DNA of 57,856 nucleotides from contig JBGSLG010000118.1 of the NCBI GenBank assembly GCA_041740815.1, forward strand, positions 1-57,856, read 5' to 3'. This stretch comes from Bacteroidales bacterium. GTDB lineage: Bacteria; Bacteroidota; Bacteroidia; Bacteroidales; VadinHA17. Of this stretch, positions 28,325 to 37,553 are shown one piece after another (positions within the stretch are counted from its first letter, which is position 1; every line of letters begins with the position of its first letter). The notes beneath the pieces were generated by a model. It had not been told where the DNA came from, ran no database searches, and was given only the letters and a program-made list of their open reading frames with translations. The translations under genes were made by a program, and so were the position numbers.

Positions 28325-28361
28325 AAAAAAAGGGCCGGCATACATCTGATGCCGGCCCTTT
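28325..28361. terminator. Intrinsic terminator, probably bidirectional
   Basis: AAAGGGCCGGCAT / ATGCCGGCCCTTT stem with an A-run on the left, between convergent genes. Confidence 0.8.
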
Positions 28362-28419
28362 GATTACCCTCCTCACATATCCACCGTCAACTGTGCCCAA
28401 ACTCTTAAAAAGTACAGTC

Positions 28420-29142
28420 CTATCGTTTCAGTGTAATCCCTAGCTTCGATTCGTACATTGTCACAATCATTGACGAGATCTGCTCCAGGGTAAAACTGCT
28501 CCTGTTAAATGTCACATCAAAAAGATGGTCTATTGAGAGAGGCTTTTTCTCAAGGAAATCGACTAGCAGCTTATGCCGTCTCTCATCTGTCTGAAGAGTG
28601 TATTCCTCGGCCTTTTCAATGATCATACCCTTCTTGGTCATCACGTTACGCACCCTCCAGTACATCGGAGCCACCAGCCTGATATGAAGGGCGTTAACCA
28701 TGTCGTGTGTAATAGCCACACCTCCCCTTCCAATTATCACTGCATAACCGTCACGTGCTATTGAATGCACCACCTCCCTTATAGCCTTCTTCACCGAGCT
28801 GTCAGTCACAAAGGAGCCTGAGAAGGCCATGATCATCTGAGACATGTCGGTCATGCCCAATCCCTGGTAGTAGGTCTCAACACGGTGCGTGTCAGTCCTC
28901 AGCTCATGGGCGGCATGATAGATGATATCCTTGTCAACCCATTTCCACCTGTTTGTGTTGTATCTGAGATTAAGCTGTGCCACGAGCTCCGCGGCGACTT
29001 CTCTCCCGTCACATCCCGTAAGGCGTGAGATTGTAATAACCGGACCGGTCTGTTCAACAGGCCTGCCAAGCATTTCAGCCCTGTAACGAGAATCGAAATA
29101 ATCGAATATCTTCTTCACGACATAGGCATTATCTAAAGGCAA
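28420..29142 (-). CDS. Cytidylate kinase-like family protein (GTG at 29118 is a likely alternative start)
   Basis: VITISRLTGCDG, VIIGRGG, HIRLVAP and D..R motifs. Confidence 0.8.
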   Translation of the reverse strand: MPLDNAYVVKKIFDYFDSRYRAEMLGRPVEQTGPVITISRLTGCDGREVAAELVAQLNLRYNTNRWKWVDKDIIYHAAHELRTDTHRVETYYQGLGMTDMSQMIMAFSGSFVTDSSVKKAIREVVHSIARDGYAVIIGRGGVAITHDMVNALHIRLVAPMYWRVRNVMTKKGMIIEKAEEYTLQTDERRHKLLVDFLEKKPLSIDHLFDVTFNRSSFTLEQISSMIVTMYESKLGITLKR

Positions 29143-29299
29143 AATTGGTCAGCTGCACTCTTGCTGCAGCGGTTTTAAATTTTACAAAATATAGTCAAAT
29201 TTTACTGAAATGTCAAGGAAATACGCCAAAAAAACAGCTTTGACGTTCAGGAAGGCCGATCTTACTTAATTATTTCAGTTTGCACGCGCTAATTCGCCA

Positions 29300-31669
29300 T
29301 CACGTTTCGCCGTGTTCGGTACGCCTTATAATCTCGTTCTGGAGATCATCTCCCAGATCATTGAAATAATCACTGTAGCCTGCAACACGCACAATCAGGT
29401 CACGGTAAAGCTCGGGATGTTTCTTCGCGTCACGGAGGGTTTCGGCGCTAACGACGTTGAACTGTATGTGGTGCCCGTCAAGGCTGAAGTAGCTTCTGAT
29501 CAGGGCGGTGAGCTTCTGATAGCTTTCCTCATCGTCAAAGAACTCCGGTGAGAACTTCTGGTTCAGCAGTGTTCCCCCGGTCCGGAGGTGGTCAATTTTT
29601 GAGGCCGACTTGATCACGGCGGTAGGTCCCTGGCGGTCAACGCCCTGGAATGGGGAGATCCCCTCTGAAAGCGGAACCCAGGCTTTGCGGCCGTCGGGAG
29701 TGGCCCCGGTGACATTACCGAAGTATACGTGAGAGGTGGTCGGGAGCATGTTGATGCGGTGAATGCCTCCCCTCGGGGTGGGCCTCCCGGTAACGGCATC
29801 ATGGAAGTACTCAAATACTGTCACAGCCTGTGCATCGGCATAGTCGTCATCATTCCCGTATTTCGGAGTATTGAAGATCATCTCATACTGCATCTCCTCA
29901 GCCCCTTCGAAGTTGTTTTGCAGGGCGGTCAGCATCTCATTCCAGGTAAACCTCTTCCGGTCATAGATATTGAACCTGATTGAGGTGAGGATATCGGTGA
30001 TGCTTCCCAGTCCCACTCCCTGTATATAGGTGGTGTTGTACCTTGCGCCGCCGGCATTGTAGTCTTTGCCGCTGGCAATGCAGTCTTCCAGAAGAAGCGA
30101 CAGAAAAGGCACAGGGAGGTGTATGGCGAAAGTCTTTTCAATGACGTTGTTGCCTGCAACCTTTATGTCGGCGAAGTGGTTGATCTGCTCCCTGTAAGCA
30201 TTCATGAACTCCTCAAAAGTGCTGAATGACGCGGGTTCTCCTGTCTCCGGTCCTACCTGTGCTCCTGTGCGGCGATCGAAACCGTTGTTCAGCGTCACCT
30301 CGAGGATCTTCACCAGGTTGAAGTACCCGGTCAGCCAGTAGCACTCGGTGCCAAAGGCGCCTGTCTCGACGCATCCTGACGCTCCGCCGTTGCGGGCATC
30401 GACGATGCTCTTGCCCTGGCGAAGTAGCTCTTCGATGATTGCCTCGGTATTGAAGAGGGAGGGCTGACCGAAGCCGGTCTTGATAATATCTAGGGCCTTA
30501 TGTACAAGGGAATCCGGGTTCTTGCGACTCACCTGCACCATGGAACTGGGCTGCAGGATGCGCATCTCCTGTATGACATCAAGGAGGATACAGGTCATAG
30601 GGTTGACCGCGTCAGTGCCGTCAGGTTTCACCCCTCCCAGGTTTATCAGGCAGAAGTCAGTGTAGGTATTGCTCTCCTGCGCGGTGACGCCCATCTTGGG
30701 GGGCGAAGGGTGATTGTTGAACTTAACCCAGAAGCATCCGAGGAGCTCATAAGCCGTCTCCGGGGTGATGGTGCCCGCATCCAGACCCTTTTGATATACG
30801 GGCCACAGGTGCTGGTCGAGACGCCCTGGATTGAATGAATCCCAGGGATTAAGCTCTGTCACCACCCCGAGGTGAATGAACCAGTAATGCTGCAGCATCT
30901 CGTGAAATGTCTCCGGGGCATGGGCCGGCACGCGACGGCAGACTGCGGCCATTCTGTTCAGCTCTACGCGGCGCTTTTCATCCTTCTCTCCTGCTGCCAG
31001 CATATCCAGGGCGTCGGCATGCCTTCCGGCATACATGATGATGGCATCACAGGCAATGTCCATGGCCTTCAGTTCCTCACTCCTTTCATAAGCAGCACTG
31101 TCATTGCGGAAATCGAGCGCCGCAGCAGCATCAGCTATCTCCTGCTTTAGGTCGAGGAATCCGGTGTGGAACATCTTGTATCCCAGCACTGTGTGTCCCG
31201 GTGCTCTCTGCTCCTGGAACTCCGTGAATATGCCGGCCTTGTAGGCGGCGAGCCACCCCGGGGTCATGCGTTCCATGATGCGGTCACGGTTGCTTCGACC
31301 TTCCCAGAAGGGAATAATCTCCTCGCTGTAAATCTTTTTAACCTCGTCGCTCACCCTGAAAAAAACCTTCTCCCGAGTGTCGAGAATCTCCAGATCCCGG
31401 ATAGAGTGAAGGCTTATCTCAGGATAGGTTGGTGTTGCCTTGGGTGCAGGGCCTCTCTCGCCCACAATGAGTTCGCCATCACTGATGCAGATGGCCTTAT
31501 GGCTGAGCAGGTGTTCAAAGGCGCGCGCCCTGAGCACCGGCGCCGAAAGACCCTGTGCCTCTCGACCGGAGTAGAACTGTGTGATCAGCTGCGCCCTCTC
31601 GGCTGTAAGGGTTTCGGTGGCATTCAGGCTCTGTTCCCTGAGCTTTATAACTCTGTCTGTCATTTTCAT
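29300..31669 (-). CDS. hypD: Glycyl radical enzyme, trans-4-hydroxy-L-proline dehydratase
   Basis: EQRAPGHT, WDSF, ESNTYTDF, SGCVE, TGY, MLPTT and RVAGYS match HypD active-site segments as I recall them. Confidence 0.85.
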   Translation of the reverse strand: MKMTDRVIKLREQSLNATETLTAERAQLITQFYSGREAQGLSAPVLRARAFEHLLSHKAICISDGELIVGERGPAPKATPTYPEISLHSIRDLEILDTREKVFFRVSDEVKKIYSEEIIPFWEGRSNRDRIMERMTPGWLAAYKAGIFTEFQEQRAPGHTVLGYKMFHTGFLDLKQEIADAAAALDFRNDSAAYERSEELKAMDIACDAIIMYAGRHADALDMLAAGEKDEKRRVELNRMAAVCRRVPAHAPETFHEMLQHYWFIHLGVVTELNPWDSFNPGRLDQHLWPVYQKGLDAGTITPETAYELLGCFWVKFNNHPSPPKMGVTAQESNTYTDFCLINLGGVKPDGTDAVNPMTCILLDVIQEMRILQPSSMVQVSRKNPDSLVHKALDIIKTGFGQPSLFNTEAIIEELLRQGKSIVDARNGGASGCVETGAFGTECYWLTGYFNLVKILEVTLNNGFDRRTGAQVGPETGEPASFSTFEEFMNAYREQINHFADIKVAGNNVIEKTFAIHLPVPFLSLLLEDCIASGKDYNAGGARYNTTYIQGVGLGSITDILTSIRFNIYDRKRFTWNEMLTALQNNFEGAEEMQYEMIFNTPKYGNDDDYADAQAVTVFEYFHDAVTGRPTPRGGIHRINMLPTTSHVYFGNVTGATPDGRKAWVPLSEGISPFQGVDRQGPTAVIKSASKIDHLRTGGTLLNQKFSPEFFDDEESYQKLTALIRSYFSLDGHHIQFNVVSAETLRDAKKHPELYRDLIVRVAGYSDYFNDLGDDLQNEIIRRTEHGET

Positions 31670-31712
31670 ATGGTTGTAATCTCCTTATTTATTACCTGCT
31701 GCTGACGGTGTG

Positions 31713-32513
31713 TCATCCGCCTTTCTTTACATGTATTCCAAGCGGCCTGAGTATGTCAATGTATTCATCCAGGTGGCCGTTCGACACCTGGGTGACTGAT
31801 GCCATCCTGTCCTCCATCTCAAAACGACGGTATTTCGAACTGCCTGTCTTATGGTATGGAAGCAGGCTTATACCTTTAATATGTCCGTTATTGCGGCTTT
31901 CAATAAAATCGCGGAGTGTTTCCATATATGCGGCATCAGCCGAAACGCCCGGAATGACAGGAATCCGGATCATCACATCCTTTCCTTCTGCCAGTAGCAT
32001 GTCAAGGTTAGAGATGATGAGTCCGTTGCTCACGCCCGTGAACTTTTTATGTACCTCCGGATCAGTATGCTTGATGTCATAAAGGAAGAGATCGGTGACA
32101 GGCATAACTGACAGCAGTATCTCCCGGGTTACGTACCCCGAGGTGTCAACTGTGGTATGGAACCCCTCCTTCTTCAGCAGGGTCAGTGTCTCAATCAGAA
32201 AATCAGGCTGCATCAGAGGCTCACCGCCTGAGAAGGTGACGCCGCCCCCCGAGTGCTCCATGAATACCCTGTCTGCCCAGGCCATCGCCACTATTTCCTC
32301 AGGTGCATATTCAATCCCCACCTGCTCCTGTGACCTGAACTCCCTGGCCCCAATCCTGTCAGTCCTGTCAACCATCCTGATGCCAGGCACCTTCCCCTCC
32401 GGGTTGTGGCACCACCAGCAGTCGAGTAAACATCCCTTCATGAAGAAGGTAACCCTGATTCCCGGGCCGTCATGAATTGCATACCTTTTTATATTGAATA
32501 TCAAGCCTTTCAT
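31713..32513 (-). CDS. Glycyl-radical enzyme activating protein (radical SAM)
   Basis: HDGPGIR, GCLLDCWWCHNPE and GGVTFSGGEP motifs; start ATG 32513. Confidence 0.9.
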   Translation of the reverse strand: MKGLIFNIKRYAIHDGPGIRVTFFMKGCLLDCWWCHNPEGKVPGIRMVDRTDRIGAREFRSQEQVGIEYAPEEIVAMAWADRVFMEHSGGGVTFSGGEPLMQPDFLIETLTLLKKEGFHTTVDTSGYVTREILLSVMPVTDLFLYDIKHTDPEVHKKFTGVSNGLIISNLDMLLAEGKDVMIRIPVIPGVSADAAYMETLRDFIESRNNGHIKGISLLPYHKTGSSKYRRFEMEDRMASVTQVSNGHLDEYIDILRPLGIHVKKGG

Positions 32514-32681
32514 AAAGATTTTACTTAAACCCTGATTGTATTGCAATGGAGCAGCTGGGCCGCGTGGGGCCCGCACAGAAAGTCTATCTGTGATAGAACA
32601 TAAGACAGTGATACAGCCTCCTTCCGAGGCGATTCATCATAAACCTGTGTTCCAGTCGGTGCATATCATTAAAATGGTGAA

Positions 32682-32689
32682 CAAATTTA
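32682..32689 (-). promoter_or_regulatory. Putative -7 element (TAAATTTG on minus strand) for activase-hypD
   Basis: CAAATTTA on the plus strand. Confidence 0.4.
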
Positions 32690-32798
32690 CTGAAAATTAA
32701 GGTAAAAATGCAATTTATCCCGTTAAATCATCACGCAGAAGACTTTTTCGCTTTTATATTATTTTGAAATACTGACAGTTATGAAATTTCAAAAACGA

Positions 32799-32814
32799 TT
32801 AACAAAAGTTTAAC
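32799..32814. promoter_or_regulatory. TTAAC direct repeat with 11-bp period, possible OmpR-family box
   Basis: TTAAC at 32799 and 32810 in the AT-rich divergent intergenic region. Confidence 0.25.
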
Positions 32815-32933
32815 CGAAAGAGTGTGCAGCAATGGGAGGGGTTGCCGGTCTTTATACTGAAAAGAAGATGGAAAAGGACAGTTCCACATTCTCTCCAAGG
32901 ACAGTTTAGGTGTAAAACAAAAACGGGTTAGTC

Positions 32934-33389
32934 ATGAAAAGAATTTATGTTGCTCTATTACTCTTTGTCTGTATGGCTGTGGCCTCTTACGGCAAAGTAA
33001 TTGTGAAGGGGAATTCAAACACCCCATTAGGAGGGTACACTATCGAGGTCTGTGATCAGCCGATGATGCTTGCGGGCGAAGAGCTCAAATGCTATCTCAT
33101 CAGCTATGAAAACTCACCGCTGACAGTTAAGGTCTTTGTTGACAAAGACAAAAGCTGCAAAAACTATGTTGTGGTCTCTGATGCCCTTTCAGTGATGTAC
33201 TCCTGCAACGGCAAGTATTTCGGTGTCAACAAGGTAGACAAACAGTACGGAAGCGCTGGTGTAAGCACGGATGAAAGCCGGCTTGACAGGTCCGACTACT
33301 TCCATCAGAAGGTTCTTGCACAGGGCAAGACCGACGATTTTGATGCTACCAGGCTCATCGCATCCTATTTCCCGGAGCTCATCAAATAG
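32934..33389 (+). CDS. Secreted hypothetical protein
   Basis: Signal peptide MKRIYVALLLFVCMAVASYG; followed by a terminator. Confidence 0.75.
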   Translation: MKRIYVALLLFVCMAVASYGKVIVKGNSNTPLGGYTIEVCDQPMMLAGEELKCYLISYENSPLTVKVFVDKDKSCKNYVVVSDALSVMYSCNGKYFGVNKVDKQYGSAGVSTDESRLDRSDYFHQKVLAQGKTDDFDATRLIASYFPELIK

Positions 33390-33464
33390 ATCCGGAAGAA
33401 AGACTTTTTTTTCCTTCCTTAATCAGGCCGTCCGGCCTGTCTACGATCAGGTTTAGGTTGAAAC

Positions 33465-33498
33465 GAAGATACCCCGCAACGGGTATCTTCTTCTTTTT
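33465..33498 (+). terminator. Intrinsic terminator
   Basis: GAAGATACCC-loop-GGGTATCTTC followed by TTCTTTTT. Confidence 0.8.
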
Positions 33499-33536
33499 AT
33501 ATTGACAATTGTCAGGTGTAAATAGAGTATCTGAGT

Positions 33537-33544
33537 TATCTTTG
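33537..33544 (+). promoter_or_regulatory. Putative -7 element TATCTTTG
   Basis: TAnnTTTG match upstream of the carboxyltransferase gene. Confidence 0.5.
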
Positions 33545-33596
33545 ACCTGAAAAGCCAGAGGGTCTTTTTTTATAAATCCAGGAACCTTTGAAGATT

Positions 33597-35342
33597 ATGA
33601 AACAGAAGATAAAATTCAGTCTCCTTTACCGGGATATGTGGCAGTCGTCGGGCAAGTATCAGCCAAGGGTTGACCAGTTGTCTGCAGTGGCTCCCCACAT
33701 TGTGAACATGGGTTGTTTTGAACGCATTGAGACCAACGGCGGTGCTTTTGAGCAGGTGCAGCTTCTCTATGGGGAGAATCCCAATACTGCAGTCAGGGAG
33801 TGGATTAAGCCCTTCAACAAGGCCGGCATACAGACACACATGCTTGAGCGTGCCCTTAATGGCATCAGGATGTATCCGGTACCTGCCGATGTCAGGCGTC
33901 TGATGTACAAGGTAAAAAAAGCGCAGGGTGTGGATATTGCGCGTTCATTCTGCGGCCTGAATGATCACCGTAACCTCGAGCTTTCCGTGAAATATGCACG
34001 TGAGGCAGGCATGATATCACAGGCTGCTCTTTCAATCACCCACTCTCCTGTTCACACAGTTGATTACTTTATGGGAGTGGTTGACCGTGTTGTAGAGTAC
34101 GGCGCAGATGAAATCTGCCTGAAAGACATGGCCGGTGTGGGCAGGCCGGCATCCCTGGGGGAACTGGTTAAGAGGATTAAAAAGAAATACCCTGGCATGG
34201 TAGTGCAGTATCACGGACACAGTGGCCCGGGCATGTCGGTCGCCTCCATGCTCGAAGTAGCCAGGGCCGGGGCAGACTATCTTGATGTTGCCATGGAGCC
34301 ACTAAGCTGGGGAATGGTGCATCCTGACATCCTTGCCATACATGCTATCATGAAGGATGCCGGGTTTGAAGTGCCGGAGATCAACATGGATGAGTATATG
34401 AAAGTCCGTTCACTCACACAGGAATTTATTGACGACTTCCTTGGCTACTTCATTGACCCCCGAAACAGGCAGATGACATCCCTGCTGATCGGTTCCGGTC
34501 TTCCCGGAGGAATGATGGGCAGCATGATGGCTGACCTCAAGGGGGTTCACCAGGGAATCAACTCGGCACTCAAGGCACAGGGTAAGCCCGAGCTGTCGGA
34601 GGATGAGCTTGTTGTATGGCTCTTCAGGGAGGTAGAGTATATCTGGCCCATGATGGGCTATCCGCCGCTGGTGACACCATTCAGTCAGTATGTCAAGAAC
34701 GTAGCACTGATGAACATTGTCTCCCTGGTAAACGGGAAGGAACGGTTTGCCATGATAGACCCGAACACATGGGACATGCTCCTTGGTCGCGCTGGCACAC
34801 TGCCGGGCCCCCTGGCGCCGGAGCTGATTGAGCTTGCAAAAAGGGAGGGTAAGGAGTTTTACGAAGGCAACCCCCAGGATAACTATCCTGATGCCCTTGA
34901 CGGTTTCCGCAAGGAGATGGAACAGAATGGGTGGCCCCTCGGCCCGGATGAGGAGGAGCTGTTTGAACTGGCTATGCATGACAGGCAGTACCGCGATTAT
35001 AAATCAGGTGCCGCACAAATCCGCTTCCTGAAGGAGGTGGAAGACAAAAAGGCCGAGATGCAGCAGGGCGGACCGGTGAAGATTTCAAAGAAACAGCTGC
35101 TGCCGGCTCCCGAGGACGGAACAGCACTGATCTACTCCGGCGCCACATCAACATACTGGCCTGAAGAGGAGCTTCTGACTGCAGGCGAAGAGGTCAGGAA
35201 AAATGAGATCCTGATGTACCTCATGATAGGAAAAAGCATCAGGGAGGTGCGCTCTGACCGCGACGGGGTGGTCAACAAAATCCTGGTGAAGAGCGGTGAC
35301 AAGGTCAAAAAGGGTGACCCGCTGATCGAATACCGACCCTGA
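33597..35342 (+). CDS. Oxaloacetate decarboxylase alpha / pyruvate carboxylase subunit B-like carboxyltransferase with C-terminal biotinyl-like domain
   Basis: RDMWQS, CLKDMAG, HGHSG, LPGGM and GYPPLVTPFSQ motifs; C-terminal GVV.KILVKSGDKVKKGDPL. Confidence 0.85.
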   Translation: MKQKIKFSLLYRDMWQSSGKYQPRVDQLSAVAPHIVNMGCFERIETNGGAFEQVQLLYGENPNTAVREWIKPFNKAGIQTHMLERALNGIRMYPVPADVRRLMYKVKKAQGVDIARSFCGLNDHRNLELSVKYAREAGMISQAALSITHSPVHTVDYFMGVVDRVVEYGADEICLKDMAGVGRPASLGELVKRIKKKYPGMVVQYHGHSGPGMSVASMLEVARAGADYLDVAMEPLSWGMVHPDILAIHAIMKDAGFEVPEINMDEYMKVRSLTQEFIDDFLGYFIDPRNRQMTSLLIGSGLPGGMMGSMMADLKGVHQGINSALKAQGKPELSEDELVVWLFREVEYIWPMMGYPPLVTPFSQYVKNVALMNIVSLVNGKERFAMIDPNTWDMLLGRAGTLPGPLAPELIELAKREGKEFYEGNPQDNYPDALDGFRKEMEQNGWPLGPDEEELFELAMHDRQYRDYKSGAAQIRFLKEVEDKKAEMQQGGPVKISKKQLLPAPEDGTALIYSGATSTYWPEEELLTAGEEVRKNEILMYLMIGKSIREVRSDRDGVVNKILVKSGDKVKKGDPLIEYRP

Positions 35343-35445
35343 CCGGTAAAGTATTAAGGCTTCGGGAACGCTCATTTTGCCATGACTCTTTGATTTGTGG
35401 TCATTAATCCCTATTTTTCGAGTTCTTAACCCAAACCCTACCTAT

Positions 35446-37539
35446 ATGAAAAAACTGCTGATTATGCTTTTAATTGCTTCAATCGGAGCAGTCTCCTGCA
35501 AGAAGGAGACATGCGAGAATCCGTTTTATTGCGACTGGGATACGCCCTTTGAGGTGCCCCCATTTGACCTGATCAAATTTGAACACTTCAAGCCTGCCTA
35601 CCTTAAGGGTATGGAGGAAGAGATGGCTGAGGTGAACGCAATAATCAATAACACCGAAGAACCTACATTTGACAATACTATCAGGGCATTGCAATTCACA
35701 GGCAAGCTCCTTGATAAAGTGCAGCGTGCCATGGGTCCCCTCAGCGGCGCCAATACAAATGACTCCATCCAGGCACTGCAGAGGGATATGTCTCCTCTCT
35801 TCTCAAAGCACTACGATGATATTTCACTGAATGAAAAACTCTTTGAAAGGGTAAAAGCGGTTTACGAAAACCGTGATAAATTTAACCTCACTCCTGAGGA
35901 GAGCAAGCTGCTCGAAGACGACTATCTCGACTTCATCCGCAGCGGTATCGGTCTCTCCACTGAGGATAAGGATAAGCTTCGCAAGCTTAACAGCGAACTT
36001 TCTCTTCTTGGCGTAAAATTTGGCCAGAACCTTCTTGCCGAGACCAACGGCTTCACTCTCGTCATTGACAACGAGCAGGACCTCTCCGGTCTTCCCGAAG
36101 GTGTCAGGGCACAGGCTGCTGCCGCGGCAAAGGCCAGGGATATGGATGGCAAATGGCTTTTCACCCTGCAGAATCCCAGCTATATTCCCTTCATGACATA
36201 CGCTGACAACAGGGAGCTCAGGGAGAAAATTTTCAGAGGATACATGATGCGTGGCAACAACGGCAATGAGAATGACAACAATCAGATTCTTGCTGATATC
36301 GTCAGGCTTCGCGTCGAAAAAGCCAGGCTTCTCGGCTACGAGAGTCACGCTGACTATGTACTTGAGCGCAACATGGCCAAAGAGCCGGAGACAGTTCTTA
36401 ATTTCCTTGCCCAGATATGGGAGGCCGCACTGCCGGTTGCCAAGGCAGAAGCAGCAGCACAGCAGGAGTTGATTGACCGTGAAGGCGGTAAGTTCAAGCT
36501 CGAGCCGTGGGACTGGTTCTACTACACTGAGAAGATCCGCAAGGAGAAGTATGACCTGAGCGACGAAGAGACAAAGCCCTATTTCTCAGCCAAAAACGTA
36601 ACCGACGGGATGTTTTATGTTGCCAACAGGCTGTACGGGCTGGAGTTCAGCGAACGGAATGATATTCCTCTCTATCACCCTGATGTTAAGACCTTCGAAG
36701 TCAAGCGTGCCAGCAAGCATGTGGGCATCCTCATGATCGACTACCATCCGAGGGCTTCCAAACGCGGAGGTGCATGGTGCAGCGGTATCAGGCCGCAGAG
36801 ACTGGACGAAAAGGGCAAATTCGTGACCCCGCTGGTGAGCATGGTTACCAACTTCACCCCTCCTTCAGGTGACACGCCGTCACTCCTCACACCTGACGAG
36901 GCAAGCACCCTCTTTCATGAGTTCGGCCATGCGCTGCACAATCTGCTGTCAAATACCGAATATACGAGCGGCGTATCACGCGATTTTGTTGAGCTGCCGT
37001 CGCAGATCATGGAGCACTGGGTCTTCGAACCTGAAGTGCTGAAGGTATACGCTAAGCATTACCAGACAGGCGAGGTCATTCCTGACGCACTGATAGAAAA
37101 GATAGAGAAGGCAGGCAAGTTCAACGCCGGCTTTACCACCATCGAGTACCTGGCAGCCTCTTCGCTTGACATGGAGTATCACTCGCTGACTGAGCCAACA
37201 GAGATCAACATCGGTGAGTTTGAAAAGAACGCCATGGAAAAGTACGGCCTGATCAAGGAAATTATTCCCCGCTACAGGTCAACCTACTTCAACCACATCA
37301 TCGGTGGCTATTCTGCAGGCTACTACAGCTACATCTGGTGTGAGCAGCTTGATGCTGATGGTTTCAAGGCATTCAAGGAGACAGGTGACATCTTCAACCG
37401 CGAGGTTGCCGCCCGATTTGAGAAGGAGATCCTTGCCCGCAAGGGATCAAAGGATGAGCTTGAGATGTGGGTAGCCTTCAGGGGACGCGAGCCGGGCATA
37501 GAGGCCCTTCTTGAAAACCGCGGGCTCTTGAACAAATAA
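35446..37539 (+). CDS. dcp: M3 family peptidyl-dipeptidase (Dcp-like) lipoprotein
   Basis: Lipobox AVSC; FHEFGHALH, DFVELPSQ and YSAGYYSY motifs. Confidence 0.9.
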   Translation: MKKLLIMLLIASIGAVSCKKETCENPFYCDWDTPFEVPPFDLIKFEHFKPAYLKGMEEEMAEVNAIINNTEEPTFDNTIRALQFTGKLLDKVQRAMGPLSGANTNDSIQALQRDMSPLFSKHYDDISLNEKLFERVKAVYENRDKFNLTPEESKLLEDDYLDFIRSGIGLSTEDKDKLRKLNSELSLLGVKFGQNLLAETNGFTLVIDNEQDLSGLPEGVRAQAAAAAKARDMDGKWLFTLQNPSYIPFMTYADNRELREKIFRGYMMRGNNGNENDNNQILADIVRLRVEKARLLGYESHADYVLERNMAKEPETVLNFLAQIWEAALPVAKAEAAAQQELIDREGGKFKLEPWDWFYYTEKIRKEKYDLSDEETKPYFSAKNVTDGMFYVANRLYGLEFSERNDIPLYHPDVKTFEVKRASKHVGILMIDYHPRASKRGGAWCSGIRPQRLDEKGKFVTPLVSMVTNFTPPSGDTPSLLTPDEASTLFHEFGHALHNLLSNTEYTSGVSRDFVELPSQIMEHWVFEPEVLKVYAKHYQTGEVIPDALIEKIEKAGKFNAGFTTIEYLAASSLDMEYHSLTEPTEINIGEFEKNAMEKYGLIKEIIPRYRSTYFNHIIGGYSAGYYSYIWCEQLDADGFKAFKETGDIFNREVAARFEKEILARKGSKDELEMWVAFRGREPGIEALLENRGLLNK

Positions 37540-37553
37540 CAGAGAGTATCCAG

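Noticed and set aside
32514-32680. Possible riboswitch or leader peptide (MHRLEHRFMMNRLGRRLYHCLMFYHR) upstream of the HypD activase
   Set aside because: No riboswitch consensus recognised, no Pro-rich sensing codons and no attenuator hairpin with a U-tract; an Rfam scan would be needed
33390-33500. Possible sRNA (CAGGCCG/CGGCCTG hairpin plus terminator)
   Set aside because: Adequately explained as the 3' UTR of the upstream gene; no independent promoter seen
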